From: Eledone cirrhosa
Taxonomy: Eukaryota
DNA length: 64,000 nucleotides
Direction: 5' to 3'
Assembly: GCA_964016885.1 (NCBI GenBank)
Contig: OZ024742.1
Location: 376,526,001 to 376,590,000, forward strand
The translations under genes and the position numbers were made by a program. This document shows, in pieces, positions 42,484 to 58,950 of this stretch (position 1 is the first letter of the stretch; each line of letters begins with the position of its first letter). The notes under the pieces were generated by a model, which was not told where the DNA came from, did not search any database, and was given only the letters and a program-made list of their open reading frames with translations.

Positions 42484-45400
42484 TAATACAGACAGAGTGT
42501 AATATATTAATACAGACAGAGTGTAATATAATAATACAGACAAAGTGTAATATAATAATACAGACAGAGTGTAATATAATAATACAGACAGAGTGTAATA
42601 TAATAATACAGAGAGAGAGTAATATAATAATACAGACAGAGTGTAATATAACAATACAGACAGGGTGTAATATATTAATACAGTGAGAGTGTAATATAAT
42701 AATACAGAGAGAGAGTAATATAATAATACAGACAGAGTGTAATATAATAATACAGAGAGAGTGTAATATAATAATACAGACAGAGTGTAATATAATAATA
42801 CAGACAGAGTGTAATATAATAATACAGAGAGTGTAATATAATAATACAGACAGAGTGTAATATAATAATACAGACAGAGTGTAATATAATAATACAGACA
42901 GAGTGTAATATAATAAGACAGACAAAGTGTAATATAATAATACAGACAGAGTGTAATATAATAATACATAGAGTGTAATAATACAGACAGAGTGTAATAT
43001 AATAATACAGACAGAGTGTAATATAATAATACAGAGAGAGTGTAATATAATAATACAGACAGAGTGTAATATAATAATACAGACAGAGTGTAATATAATA
43101 ATACAGACAGAGCGTAATATAATAATACAGAGAGAGAGTAATATAATAATACAGAGAGAGAGTAATATAATAATACAGACAGAGTGTAATATAATAATAC
43201 AGTGTGTGTAATATAATAATGCAGACAGAGTGTAATATAATAATACAGACAGAGTGTAATATATTAATACAGACAGAGTGTAATATAATAATACAGACAG
43301 AGTGTAATATAATAATACAGAGAGAGAGTAATATAATAATACAGACAGAGTGTAATATAATAATACAGAGAGTGTAATATAATAATACAGAGAGAGAGTA
43401 ATATAATAATACAGACAGAGTGTAATATAATAATACAGACAGAGTGTAATATAATAATACAGACAGGGTGTAATATATTAATACAGACAGAGTGTAATTT
43501 AATAATACAGAGAGTGTAATATAATAATACAGACAGAGTGTAATATAATAATACAGACAGAGTGTAATATAATAATACAGACAGAGTGTAATTTAATAAT
43601 ACAGACAGAGTGTAATATAATAATACAGACAGAGTGTAATATAATAATACAGACAGAGTGTAATATAATAATACAGACAGAGTGTAATATAATAATACAG
43701 ACAGAGTGTAATATAATAATACAGACAGAGTGTAATATAATAATACAGACAGAGTGTAATATAATAATACAGACAGAGTGTAATTTAATAATACAGAGAG
43801 TGTAATATAATAATACAGAGAGAGAGTAATATAATAATACAGACAGAGTGTAATATAACAATACAGACAGAGTGTAATATAACAATACAGACAGAGTGTA
43901 ATATAATAATACAGACAGAGTGTAATATAATAATACAGAGAGAGAGTAATATAATAATACAGACAGAGTGTAATATAATAATACAGAGAGAGAGTAATAT
44001 AATAATACAGACAGAGTGTAATATAATAATACAGACAGATTGTAATATAATAATACAGAGAGAGAGTAATATAATAATACAGACAGAGTGTAATATAATA
44101 ATACAGAGAGAGAGTAATATAATAATACAGACAGAGTGTAATATAATAATACAGACAGAGTGTAATATAATAATACAGAGAGAGAGTAATATAATAATAC
44201 AGACAGAGTGTAATATAATAATACAGAGAGAGAGTAATATAATAATACAGACAGAGTGTAATATAATAATACAGAGAGAGAGAGTAATATAATAATACAG
44301 ACAGACTGTAATATAATAATACAGACAGAGTGTAATATAACAATACAGACAGAGTGTAATATAATAATACAGACAGAGTGTAATATAATAATACAGACAG
44401 AGTGTAATATAATAATACAGACAGAGTGTAATATAATAATACAGACAGAGTGTAATATAATAATACAGATAGAGTGTAATATATTAATACAGACAGAGTG
44501 TAATATAATAATACAGACAGAGTGTAATATAATAATACAGACAGAGTGTAATATATTAATACAGACAGAGTGTAATATAATAATACAGACAGAGTGTAAT
44601 ATAATAATACAGACAGAGTGTAATATAATAATACAGACAGAGTGTAATATATTAATACAGACAGAGTGTAATATAATAATACAGAGAGTGTAATATAATA
44701 ATACAGACAGAGTGTAATATATTAATACAGACAGAGTGTAATATAATAATACAGACAGAGTGTAATATAATAATACATACAGAGTGTAATATAATAATAC
44801 ATACAGAGTGTAATATATTAATACAGACAGAGTGTAATATAATAATACAGACAGAGTGTAATATATTAATACAGACAGAGTGTAATATATTAATACAGAC
44901 AGAGTGTAATATAATAATACAGAGAGTCTAATATAATAATACAGACAGAGTGTAATATAATAATACAGACAGAGTGTAATATAATAATACAGACAGAGTG
45001 TAATATAATAATACAGAGAGTGTAATATAATAATACAGACAGAGTGTAATATAATAATACAGACAGAGTGTAATATAATAATACAGAGAGTGTAATATAA
45101 TAAGACAGACAGAGTGTAATATAATAAGACAGACAGAGTGTAATATAATAATACAGACAGAGTGTAATATAATAATACAGACAGAGTGTAATATAATAAT
45201 ACAGAGAGTGTAATATAATAATACAGACAGAGTGTAATATATTAATACAGACAGAGTGTAATATAATAATACAGAGAGTGTAATATAATAATACAGACAG
45301 AGTGTAATATAATAATACAGACAGAGTGTAATATAATAATACAGATAGAGTGTAATATAATAATACAGACAGAGTGTAATATAATAATACAGACAGAGTG

Positions 45401-48400
45401 TAATATAATAATACAGACAGAGTGTAATATAATAATACAGACAGAGTGTAATATAATAATACAGAGTGTGTAATATAATAATACAGACAGAGTGTAATAT
45501 AATAATACAGAGAGTGTAATATAATAATACAGACAGAGTGTAATATAATAATACAGACAGAGTGTAATATAATAATACAGAGAGTGTAATATAATAAGAC
45601 AGACAGAGTGTAATATAATAATACAGACAGAGTGTAATATAATAATACAGACAGAGTGTAATATAATAATACAGACAGAGTGTAATATAATAATACAGAG
45701 TGTGTAATATAATAATACAGACAGAGTGTAATATAATAATACAGACAGAGTGTAATATAATAATACAGAGAGTGTAATATAATAATACAGACAGAGTGTA
45801 ATATAATAATACAGACAGATTGTAATATAATAATACAGACAGAGTGTAATATAATAATACAGACAGAGTGTAATATAATAATACAGACAGAGTGTAATAT
45901 AATAATACAGACAGAGTGTAATATAATAATACAGACAGAGTGTAATATAATAATACAGACAGAGTGTAATATAATAATACAGACAGAGTGTAATATAATA
46001 ATACAGACAGAGTGTAATATAATAATACAGACAGAGTGTAATTTAATAATACAGAGAGTGTAATATAATAATACAGACAGAGTGTAATATAATAATACAG
46101 ACAGAGTGTAATATAATAATACAGACAGAGTGTAATATAATAATACAGACAGAGTGTAATATAATAATACAGAGAGAGAGTAATATAATAATACAGACAG
46201 AGTGTAATATAATAATACAGAGAGAGAGTAATATAATAATACAGACAGAGTGTAATATAACAATACAGACAGAGTGTAATATAACAATACAGACAGAGTG
46301 TAATATAATAATACAGACAGAGTGTAATATAATAATACAGAGAGAGAGTAATATAATAATACAGACAGAGTGTAATATAATAATACAGAGAGAGAGTAAT
46401 ATAATAATACAGACAGAGTGTAATATAATAATACAGACAGAGTGTAATATAATAATACAGAGAGAGAGTAATATAATAATACAGACAGAGTGTAATATAA
46501 TAATACAGACAGAGTGTAATATAATAATACAGAGAGAGAGTAATATAATAATACAGACAGAGTGTAATATAATAATACAGAGAGAGAGTAATATAATAAT
46601 ACAGACAGAGTGTAATATAATAATACAGAGAGAGAGAGTAATATAATAATACAGACAGACTGTAATATAATAATACAGACAGAGTGTAATATAACAATAC
46701 AGACAGAGTGTAATATAATAATACAGACAGAGTGTAATATAATAATACAGACAGAGTGTAATATAATAATACAGACAGAGTGTAATATAATAATACAGAC
46801 AGAGTGTAATATAATAATACAGACAGAGTGTAATATATTAATACAGACAGAGTGTAATATAATAATACAGACAGAGTGTAATATAATAATACAGACAGAG
46901 TGTAATATATTAATACAGACAGAGTGTAATATAATAATACAGACAGAGTGTAATATAATAATACAGACAGAGTGTAATATAATAATACAGACAGAGTGTA
47001 ATATATTAATACAGACAGAGTGTAATATAATAATACAGAGAGTGTAATATAATAATACAGACAGAGTGTAATATATTAATACAGACAGAGTGTAATATAA
47101 TAATACAGACAGAGTGTAATATAATAATACATACAGAGTGTAATATAATAATACATACAGAGTGTAATATAATAATACAGAGAGTGTAATATAATAATAC
47201 AGACAGACTGTAATATAATAATACAGACAGAGTGTAATATAATAATACATACAGAGTGTAATATAATAATACAGAGAGTGTAATATAATAATACAGACAG
47301 AGTGTAATATATTAATACAGACAGAGTGTAATATAATAATACAGACAGAGTGTAATATATTAATACAGACAGAGTGTAATATATTAATACAGACAGAGTG
47401 TAATATAATAATACAGAGAGTCTAATATAATAATACAGACAGAGTGTAATATAATAATACAGACCGACTGTAATATAATAATACAGACAGAGTGTAATAT
47501 AATAATACAGATAGAGTGTAATATAATAATACAGACAAAGTGTAATATAATAATACAGACAGAGTGTAATATAATAATACAGAGAGTGTAATATAATAAT
47601 ACAGACAGAGTGTAATATAATAATACAGAGAGTGTAATATAATAATACAGACAGAGTGTAATATAATAATACAGACAGAGTGTAATATAATAATACAGAC
47701 AGAGTGTAACATAATGAGACAGACAAAGTGTAATATAATAATACAGACAGAGTGTAATATAATAATACATAGAGTGTAATATAATAATACAGACAGAGTG
47801 TAATATAATAATACAGACAGAGTGTAATATAATAATACAGAGAGTGTAATATAATAATACAGACAGAGTGTAATATAATAATACAGACAGAGTGTAATAT
47901 ATTAATACAGACAGAGTGTAATATAATAATACAGAGAGTGTAATATAATAATACAGACAGAGTGTAATATAATAATACAGACAGAGTGTAATATAATAAT
48001 ACAGACAGAGTGTAATATAATAATACAGAGAGTGTAATATAATAATACAGACAGAGTGTAATATAATAATACAGACAGAGTGTAATATAATAATACAGAG
48101 AGTGTAATATAATAAGACAGACAGAGTGTAATATAATAATACAGACAGAGTGTAATATAATAATACAGACAGAGTGTAATATAATAATACAGACAGAGTG
48201 TAATATAATAATACAGAGAGTGTAATATAATAATACAGACAGAGTGTAATATATTAATACAGACAGAGTGTAATATAATAATACAGAGAGTGTAATATAA
48301 TAATACAGACAGTGTAATATAATAATACAGACAGAGTGTAATATAATAATACAGACAGAGTGTAATATAATAATACAGACAGAGTGTAATATAATAATAC

Positions 48401-51400
48401 AGAGTGTGTAATATAATAATACAGACAGAGTGTAATATAATAATACAGAGAGTGTAATATAATAATACAGACAGAGTGTAATATAATAATACAGACAGAG
48501 TGTAATATAATAATACAGACAGAGTGTAATATAAAAATACAGACAGAGTGTAATATAATAATACAGACAGAGTGTAATATAATAATGCAGACAGAGTGTA
48601 ATATAATAATACAGACAGAGTGTAATATAATAATACAGAGTGTGTAATATAATAAAACAGACAGATTGTAATATAATAATACAGACAGAGTGTAATATAA
48701 TAATACAGACAGACTGTAATATAATAATACAGATAGAGTGTAATATAATAAAACAGATAGAGTGTAATATAATAATACAGACAAAGTGTAATATAATAAT
48801 ACAGACAGAGTGTAATATAATAATACAGAGAGTGTAATATAATAATACAGACAGAGTGTAATATAATAATACAGACAGAGTGTAATATAATAATACAGAG
48901 AGTGTAATATAATAATACAGACAGAGTGTAATATAATAATACAGACAGAGTGTAATATAATAATACAGACAGAGTGTAATATAATAAGACAGACAAAGTG
49001 TAATATAATAATACAGACAGAGTGTAATATAATAAGACAGACAAAGTGTAATATAATAATACAGACAGAGCGTAATATAATAATACATAGAGTGTAATAA
49101 TACAGACAGAGTGTAATATAATAATACAGACAGAGTGTAATATATTAATACAGACAGAGTGTAATATAATAATACAGAGAGTGTAATATAATAATACAGA
49201 CAGAGTGTAATATATTAATACAGACAGAGTGTAATATAATAATACAGAGAGTGTAATATAATAATACAGACAGAGTGTAATATAATAATACAGACAGAGT
49301 GTAATATAATAATACAGAGAGTGTAATATAATAATACAGACAGAGTGTAATATAATAATACAGACAGAGTGTAATATAATAATACAGAGAGTGTAATATA
49401 ATAATACAGACAGATTGTAATATAATAATACAGACAGAGTGTAATATAATAATGCAGACAGAGTGTAATATAATAATACAGACAGTGTGTAATATAATAA
49501 TACAGAGTGTGTAATATAATAATACAGACAGAGTGTAATATAATAATACAGACAGTGTGTAATATAATAATACAGAGAGTGTAATATAATAATACATAGA
49601 GTGTAATATAATAATACAGACAGAGTGTAATATAATAATACAGACAGAGTGTAATATAATAATACAGAGAGTGTAATATAATAATACAGACAGATTGTAA
49701 TATAATAATACAGACAGAGTGTAATATAATAATACAGATTGTGTAATATAATAATACAGACAGAGTGTAATATAATAATACAGACAGAGTGTAATATATT
49801 AATACAGACAGAGCGTAATATAATAATACAGACAGAGTGTAATATAATAATACAGAGAGAGAGTAATATAATAATACAGACAGAGTGTAATATAATAATA
49901 CAGAGAGTGTAATATAATAATACAGAGAGAGAGTAATATAATAATACAGACAGAGTGTAATATAATAATACAGACAGAGTGTAATATAATAATACAGACA
50001 GGGTGTAATATATTAATACAGACAGAGTGTAATTTAATAATACAGAGAGTGTAATATAATAATACAGACAGAGTGTAATATAATAATACAGACAGAGTGT
50101 AATATAATAATACAGACAGAGTGTAATTTAATAATACAGAGAGTGTAATATAATAATACAGACAGAGTGTAATATAATAATACAGACAGAGTGTAATATA
50201 ATAATACAGACAGAGTGTAATATAATAATACAGACAGAGTGTAATATAATAATACAGACAGAGTGTAATATAATAATACAGACAGAGTGTAATATAATAA
50301 TACAGACAGAGTGTAATATAATAATACAGACAGAGTGTAATTTAATAATACAGAGAGTGTAATATAATAATACAGACAGAGTGTAATATAATAATACAGA
50401 CAGAGTGTAATATAATAATACAGACAGAGTGTAATATAATAATACAGACAGAGTGTAATATAATAATACAGAGAGAGAGTAATATAATAATACAGACAGA
50501 GTGTAATATAATAATACAGAGAGAGAGTAATATAATAATACAGACAGAGTGTAATATAACAATACAGACAGAGTGTAATATAACAATACAGACAGAGTGT
50601 AATATAATAATACAGACAGAGTGTAATATAATAATACAGAGAGAGAGTAATATAATAATACAGACAGAGTGTAATATAATAATACAGAGAGAGAGTAATA
50701 TAATAATACAGACAGAGTGTAATATAATAATACAGACAGATTGTAATATAATAATACAGAGAGAGAGTAATATAATAATACAGACAGAGTGTAATATAAT
50801 AATACAGAGAGAGAGTAATATAATAATACAGACAGAGTGTAATATAATAATACAGACAGAGTGTAATATAATAATACAGAGAGAGAGTAATATAATAATA
50901 CAGACAGAGTGTAATATAATAATACAGACAGAGTGTAATATAATAATACAGAGAGAGAGTAATATAATAATACAGACAGAGTGTAATATAATAATACAGA
51001 GAGAGAGAGTAATATAATAATACAGACAGACTGTAATATAATAATACAGACAGAGTGTAATATAACAATACAGACAGAGTGTAATATAATAATACAGACA
51101 GAGTGTAATATAATAATACAGACAGAGTGTAATATAATAATACAGACAGAGTGTAATATAATAATACAGACAGAGTGTAATATAATAATACAGACAGAGT
51201 GTAATATATTAATACAGACAGAGTGTAATATAATAATACAGACAGAGTGTAATATACTAATACAGACAGAGTGTAATATATTAATACAGACAGAGTGTAA
51301 TATAATAATACAGACAGAGTGTAATATAATAATACAGACAGAGTGTAATATAATAATACAGACAGAGTGTAATATATTAATACAGACAGAGTGTAATATA

Positions 51401-54400
51401 ATAATACAGACAGAGTGTAATATAATAATACAGACAGAGTGTAATATAATAATACAGACAGAGTGTAATATATTAATACAGACAGAGTGTAATATAATAA
51501 TACAGAGAGTGTAATATAATAATACAGACAGAGTGTAATATATTAATACAGACAGAGTGTAATATAATAATACAGACAGAGTGTAATATAATAATACATA
51601 CAGAGTGTAATATAATAATACATACAGAGTGTAATATATTAATACAGACAGAGTGTAATATAATAATACAGACAGAGTGTAATATATTAATACAGACAGA
51701 GTGTAATATATTAATACAGACAGAGTGTAATATAATAATACAGAGAGTCTAATATAATAATACAGACAGAGTGTAATATAATAATACAGACAGAGTGTAA
51801 TATAATAATACAGACAGAGTGTAATATAATAATACAGAGAGTGTAATATAATAATACAGACAGAGTGTAATATAATAATACAGACAGAGTGTAATATAAT
51901 AATACAGAGAGTGTAATATAATAAGACAGACAGAGTGTAATATAATAAGACAGACAGAGTGTAATATAATAATACAGACAGAGTGTAATATAATAATACA
52001 GACAGAGTGTAATATAATAATACAGAGAGTGTAATATAATAATACAGACAGAGTGTAATATATTAATACAGACAGAGTGTAATATAATAATACAGAGAGT
52101 GTAATATAATAATACAGACAGAGTGTAATATAATAATACAGACAGAGTAATATAATAATACAGACAGAGTGTAATATAATAATACAGACAGAGTGTAATA
52201 TAATAATACAGACAGAGTGTAATATAATAATACAGAGTGTGTAATATAATAATACAGACAGAGTGTAATATAATAATACAGACAGAGTGTAATATAATAA
52301 TACAGACAGAGTGTAATATAATAATACAGAGAGTGTAATATAATAAGACAGACAGAGTGTAATATAATAATACAGACAGAGTGTAATATAATAATACAGA
52401 CAGAGTGTAATATAATAATACAGACAGAGTGTAATATAATAATACAGAGTGTGTAATATAATAATACAGACAGAGTGTAATATAATAATACAGACAGAGT
52501 GTAATATAATAATACAGAGAGTGTAATATAATAATACAGACAGAGTGTAATATAATAATACAGACAGATTGTAATATAATAATACAGACAGAGTGTAATA
52601 TAATAATACAGACAGAGTGTAATATAATAATACAGACAGAGTGTAATATAATAATACAGACAGAGTGTAATATAATAATACAGACAGAGTGTAATATAAT
52701 AATACAGACAGAGTGTAATATAATAATACAGACAGAGTGTAATATAATAATACAGACAGAGTGTAATATAATAATACAGACAGAGTGTAATTTAATAATA
52801 CAGAGAGTGTAATATAATAATACAGACAGAGTGTAATATAATAATACAGACAGAGTGTAATATAATAATACAGACAGAGTGTAATATAATAATACAGACA
52901 GAGTGTAATATAATAATACAGAGAGAGAGTAATATAATAATACAGACAGAGTGTAATATAATAATACAGAGAGAGAGTAATATAATAATACAGACAGAGT
53001 GTAATATAACAATACAGACAGAGTGTAATATAACAATACAGACAGAGTGTAATATAATAATACAGACAGAGTGTAATATAATAATACAGAGAGAGAGTAA
53101 TATAATAATACAGACAGAGTGTAATATAATAATACAGAGAGAGAGTAATATAATAATACAGACAGAGTGTAATATAATAATACAGACAGAGTGTAATATA
53201 ATAATACAGAGAGAGAGTAATATAATAATACAGACAGAGTGTAATATAATAATACAGACTGAGTGTAATATAATAATACAGAGAGAGAGTAATATAATAA
53301 TACAGACAGAGTGTAATATAATAATACAGAGAGAGAGTAATATAATAATACAGACAGAGTGTAATATAATAATACAGAGAGAGAGAGTAATATAATAATA
53401 CAGACAGACTGTAATATAATAATACAGACAGAGTGTAATATAACAATACAGACAGAGTGTAATATAATAATACAGACAGAGTGTAATATAATAATACAGA
53501 CAGAGTGTAATATAATAATACAGACAGAGTGTAATATAATAATACAGACAGAGTGTAATATAATAATACAGACAGAGTGTAATATATTAATACAGACAGA
53601 GTGTAATATAATAATACAGACAGAGTGTAATATAATAATACAGACAGAGTGTAATATATTAATACAGACAGAGTGTAATATAATAATACAGACAGAGTGT
53701 AATATAATAATACAGACAGAGTGTAATATAATAATACAGACAGAGTGTAATATATTAATACAGACAGAGTGTAATATAATAATACAGAGAGTGTAATATA
53801 ATAATACAGACAGAGTGTAATATATTAATACAGACAGAGTGTAATATAATAATACAGACAGAGTGTAATATAATAATACATACAGAGTGTAATATAATAA
53901 TACATACAGAGTGTAATATAATAATACAGAGAGTGTAATATAATAATACAGACAGACTGTAATATAATAATACAGACAGAGTGTAATATAATAATACATA
54001 CAGAGTGTAATATAATAATACAGAGAGTGTAATATAATAATACAGACAGAGTGTAATATATTAATACAGACAGAGTGTAATATAATAATACAGACAGAGT
54101 GTAATATATTAATACAGACAGAGTGTAATATATTAATACAGACAGAGTGTAATATAATAATACAGAGAGTCTAATATAATAATACAGACAGAGTGTAATA
54201 TAATAATACAGACCGACTGTAATATAATAATACAGACAGAGTGTAATATAATAATACAGATAGAGTGTAATATAATAATACAGACAAAGTGTAATATAAT
54301 AATACAGACAGAGTGTAATATAATAATACAGAGAGTGTAATATAATAATACAGACAGAGTGTAATATAATAATACAGAGAGTGTAATATAATAATACAGA

Positions 54401-57400
54401 CAGAGTGTAATATAATAATACAGACAGAGTGTAATATAATAATACAGACAGAGTGTAACATAATGAGACAGACAAAGTGTAATATAATAATACAGACAGA
54501 GTGTAATATAATAATACATAGAGTGTAATATAATAATACAGACAGAGTGTAATATAATAATACAGACAGAGTGTAATATAATAATACAGAGAGTGTAATA
54601 TAATAATACAGACAGAGTGTAATATAATAATACAGACAGAGTGTAATATATTAATACAGACAGAGTGTAATATAATAATACAGAGAGTGTAATATAATAA
54701 TACAGACAGAGTGTAATATAATAATACAGACAGAGTGTAATATAATAATACAGACAGAGTGTAATATAATAATACAGAGAGTGTAATATAATAATACAGA
54801 CAGAGTGTAATATAATAATACAGACAGAGTGTAATATAATAATACAGAGAGTGTAATATAATAAGACAGACAGAGTGTAATATAATAATACAGACAGAGT
54901 GTAATATAATAATACAGACAGAGTGTAATATAATAATACAGACAGAGTGTAATATAATAATACAGAGAGTGTAATATAATAATACAGACAGAGTGTAATA
55001 TATTAATACAGACAGAGTGTAATATAATAATACAGAGAGTGTAATATAATAATACAGACAGAGTGTAATATAATAATACAGACAGAGTGTAATATAATAA
55101 TACAGACAGAGTGTAATATAATAATACAGACAGAGTGTAATATAATAATACAGAGTGTGTAATATAATAATACAGACAGAGTGTAATATAATAATACAGA
55201 GAGTGTAATATAATAATACAGACAGAGTGTAATATAATAATACAGACAGAGTGTAATATAATAATACAGACAGAGTGTAATATAAAAATACAGACAGAGT
55301 GTAATATAATAATACAGACAGAGTGTAATATAATAATGCAGACAGAGTGTAATATAATAATACAGACAGAGTGTAATATAATAATACAGAGTGTGTAATA
55401 TAATAAAACAGACAGATTGTAATATAATAATACAGACAGAGTGTAATATAATAATACAGACAGACTGTAATATAATAATACAGATAGAGTGTAATATAAT
55501 AAAACAGATAGAGTGTAATATAATAATACAGACAAAGTGTAATATAATAATACAGACAGAGTGTAATATAATAATACAGAGAGTGTAATATAATAATACA
55601 GACAGAGTGTAATATAATAATACAGACAGAGTGTAATATAATAATACAGAGAGTGTAATATAATAATACAGACAGAGTGTAATATAATAATACAGACAGA
55701 GTGTAATATAATAATACAGACAGAGTGTAATATAATAAGACAGACAAAGTGTAATATAATAATACAGACAGAGTGTAATATAATAAGACAGACAAAGTGT
55801 AATATAATAATACAGACAGAGCGTAATATAATAATACATAGAGTGTAATAATACAGACAGAGTGTAATATAATAATACAGACAGAGTGTAATATATTAAT
55901 ACAGACAGAGTGTAATATAATAATACAGAGAGTGTAATATAATAATACAGACAGAGTGTAATATATTAATACAGACAGAGTGTAATATAATAATACAGAG
56001 AGTGTAATATAATAATACAGACAGAGTGTAATATAATAATACAGACAGAGTGTAATATAATAATACAGAGAGTGTAATATAATAATACAGACAGAGTGTA
56101 ATATAATAATACAGACAGAGTGTAATATAATAATACAGAGAGTGTAATATAATAATACAGACAGATTGTAATATAATAATACAGACAGAGTGTAATATAA
56201 TAATGCAGACAGAGTGTAATATAATAATACAGACAGTGTGTAATATAATAATACAGAGTGTGTAATATAATAATACAGACAGAGTGTAATATAATAATAC
56301 AGACAGTGTGTAATATAATAATACAGAGAGTGTAATATAATAATACATAGAGTGTAATATAATAATACAGACAGAGTGTAATATAATAATACAGACAGAG
56401 TGTAATATAATAATACAGAGAGTGTAATATAATAATACAGACAGATTGTAATATAATAATACAGACAGAGTGTAATATAATAATACAGATTGTGTAATAT
56501 AATAATACAGACAGAGTGTAATATAATAATACAGACAGAGTGTAATATATTAATACAGACAGAGCGTAATATAATAATACAGACAGAGTGTAATATAATA
56601 ATACAGAGAGAGAGTAATATAATAATACAGACAGAGTGTAATATAATAATACAGAGAGTGTAATATAATAATACAGAGAGAGAGTAATATAATAATACAG
56701 ACAGAGTGTAATATAATAATACAGACAGAGTGTAATATAATAATACAGACAGGGTGTAATATATTAATACAGACAGAGTGTAATTTAATAATACAGAGAG
56801 TGTAATATAATAATACAGACAGAGTGTAATATAATAATACAGACAGAGTGTAATATAATAATACAGACAGAGTGTAATTTAATAATACAGAGAGTGTAAT
56901 ATAATAATACAGACAGAGTGTAATATAATAATACAGACAGAGTGTAATATAATAATACAGACAGAGTGTAATATAATAATACAGACAGAGTGTAATATAA
57001 TAATACAGACAGAGTGTAATATAATAATACAGACAGAGTGTAATATAATAATACAGACAGAGTGTAATTTAATAATACAGAGAGTGTAATATAATAATAC
57101 AGACAGAGTGTAATATAATAATACAGACAGAGTGTAATATAATAATACAGACAGAGTGTAATATAATAATACAGACAGAGTGTAATATCATAATACAGAG
57201 AGAGAGTAATATAATAATACAGACAGAGTGTAATATAATAATACAGAGAGAGAGTAATATAATAATACAGACAGAGTGTAATATAACAATACAGACAGAG
57301 TGTAATATAACAATACAGACAGAGTGTAATATAATAATACAGACAGAGTGTAATATAATAATACAGAGAGAGAGTAATATAATAATACAGACAGAGTGTA

Positions 57401-58862
57401 ATATAATAATACAGAGAGAGAGTAATATAATAATACAGACAGAGTGTAATATAATAATACAGACAGATTGTAATATAATAATACAGAGAGAGAGTAATAT
57501 AATAATACAGACAGAGTGTAATATAATAATACAGAGAGAGAGTAATATAATAATACAGACAGAGTGTAATATAATAATACAGACAGAGTGTAATATAATA
57601 ATACAGAGAGAGAGTAATATAATAATACAGACAGAGTGTAATATAATAATACAGAGAGAGAGTAATATAATAATACAGACAGAGTGTAATATAATAATAC
57701 AGAGAGAGAGAGTAATATAATAATACAGACAGACTGTAATATAATAATACAGACAGAGTGTAATATAACAATACAGACAGAGTGTAATATAATAATACAG
57801 ACAGAGTGTAATATAATAATACAGACAGAGTGTAATATAATAATACAGACAGAGTGTAATATAATAATACAGACAGAGTGTAATATAATAATACAGACAG
57901 AGTGTAATATATTAATACAGACAGAGTGTAATATAATAATACAGACAGAGTGTAATATACTAATACAGACAGAGTGTAATATATTAATACAGACAGAGTG
58001 TAATATAATAATACAGACAGAGTGTAATATAATAATACAGACAGAGTGTAATATAATAATACAGACAGAGTGTAATATATTAATACAGACAGAGTGTAAT
58101 ATAATAATACAGAGAGTGTAATATAATAATACAGACAGAGTGTAATATATTAATACAGACAGAGTGTAATATAATAATACAGACAGAGTGTAATATAATA
58201 ATACATACAGAGTGTAATATAATAATACATACAGAGTGTAATATAATAATACAGAGAGTGTAATATAATAATACAGACAGACTGTAATATAATAATACAG
58301 ACAGAGTGTAATATAATAATACATACAGAGTGTAATATAATAATACAGAGAGTGTAATATAATAATACAGACAGAGTGTAATATATTAATACAGACAGAG
58401 TGTAATATAATAATACAGACAGAGTGTAATATATTAATACAGACAGAGTGTAATATATTAATACAGACAGAGTGTAATATAATAATACAGAGAGTCTAAT
58501 ATAATAATACAGACAGAGTGTAATATAATAATACAGACAGAGTGTAATATAATAATACAGACAGAGTGTAATATAATAATACAGAGAGTGTAATATAATA
58601 ATACAGACAGAGTGTAATATAATAATACAGACAAAGTGTAATATAATAATACAGACAAAGTGTAATATAATAATACAGACAGAGTGTAATATAATAAGAC
58701 AGACAGAGTGTAATATAATAATACAGAGAGTGTAATATAATAATACAGACAGAGTGTAATATAATAATACAGACAGAGTGTAATATAATAATACAGAGAG
58801 TGTAATATAATAATACAGACAGAGTGTAATATAATAATACAGACAGAGTGTAATATAATAAT
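42484..58862. repeat. 24-bp satellite, variant domain A with a ~6.7-kb higher-order repeat
   Basis: The AACATAATGAGAC marker is at 47708 and 54457 (6749 bp apart). Marker order is the same as in 3848-16450. Confidence 0.92.
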
Positions 58863-58950
58863 TGTTTCTACTTTTGGCACAAGGCCAGCAATTATCCCAG
58901 TGCATTACTGGTACTTTATTTTATCGACCCCGTAAGGATGAAAGGCAAAG
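58863..58950 (-). mobile_element. tRNA-derived SINE, 3' fragment (~88 bp)
   Basis: Matches the 3' half of the 61451-61635 element. Flanked by (AG)AGTGTAATATAATAAT on both sides, a candidate 16-18 bp TSD. Confidence 0.85.
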
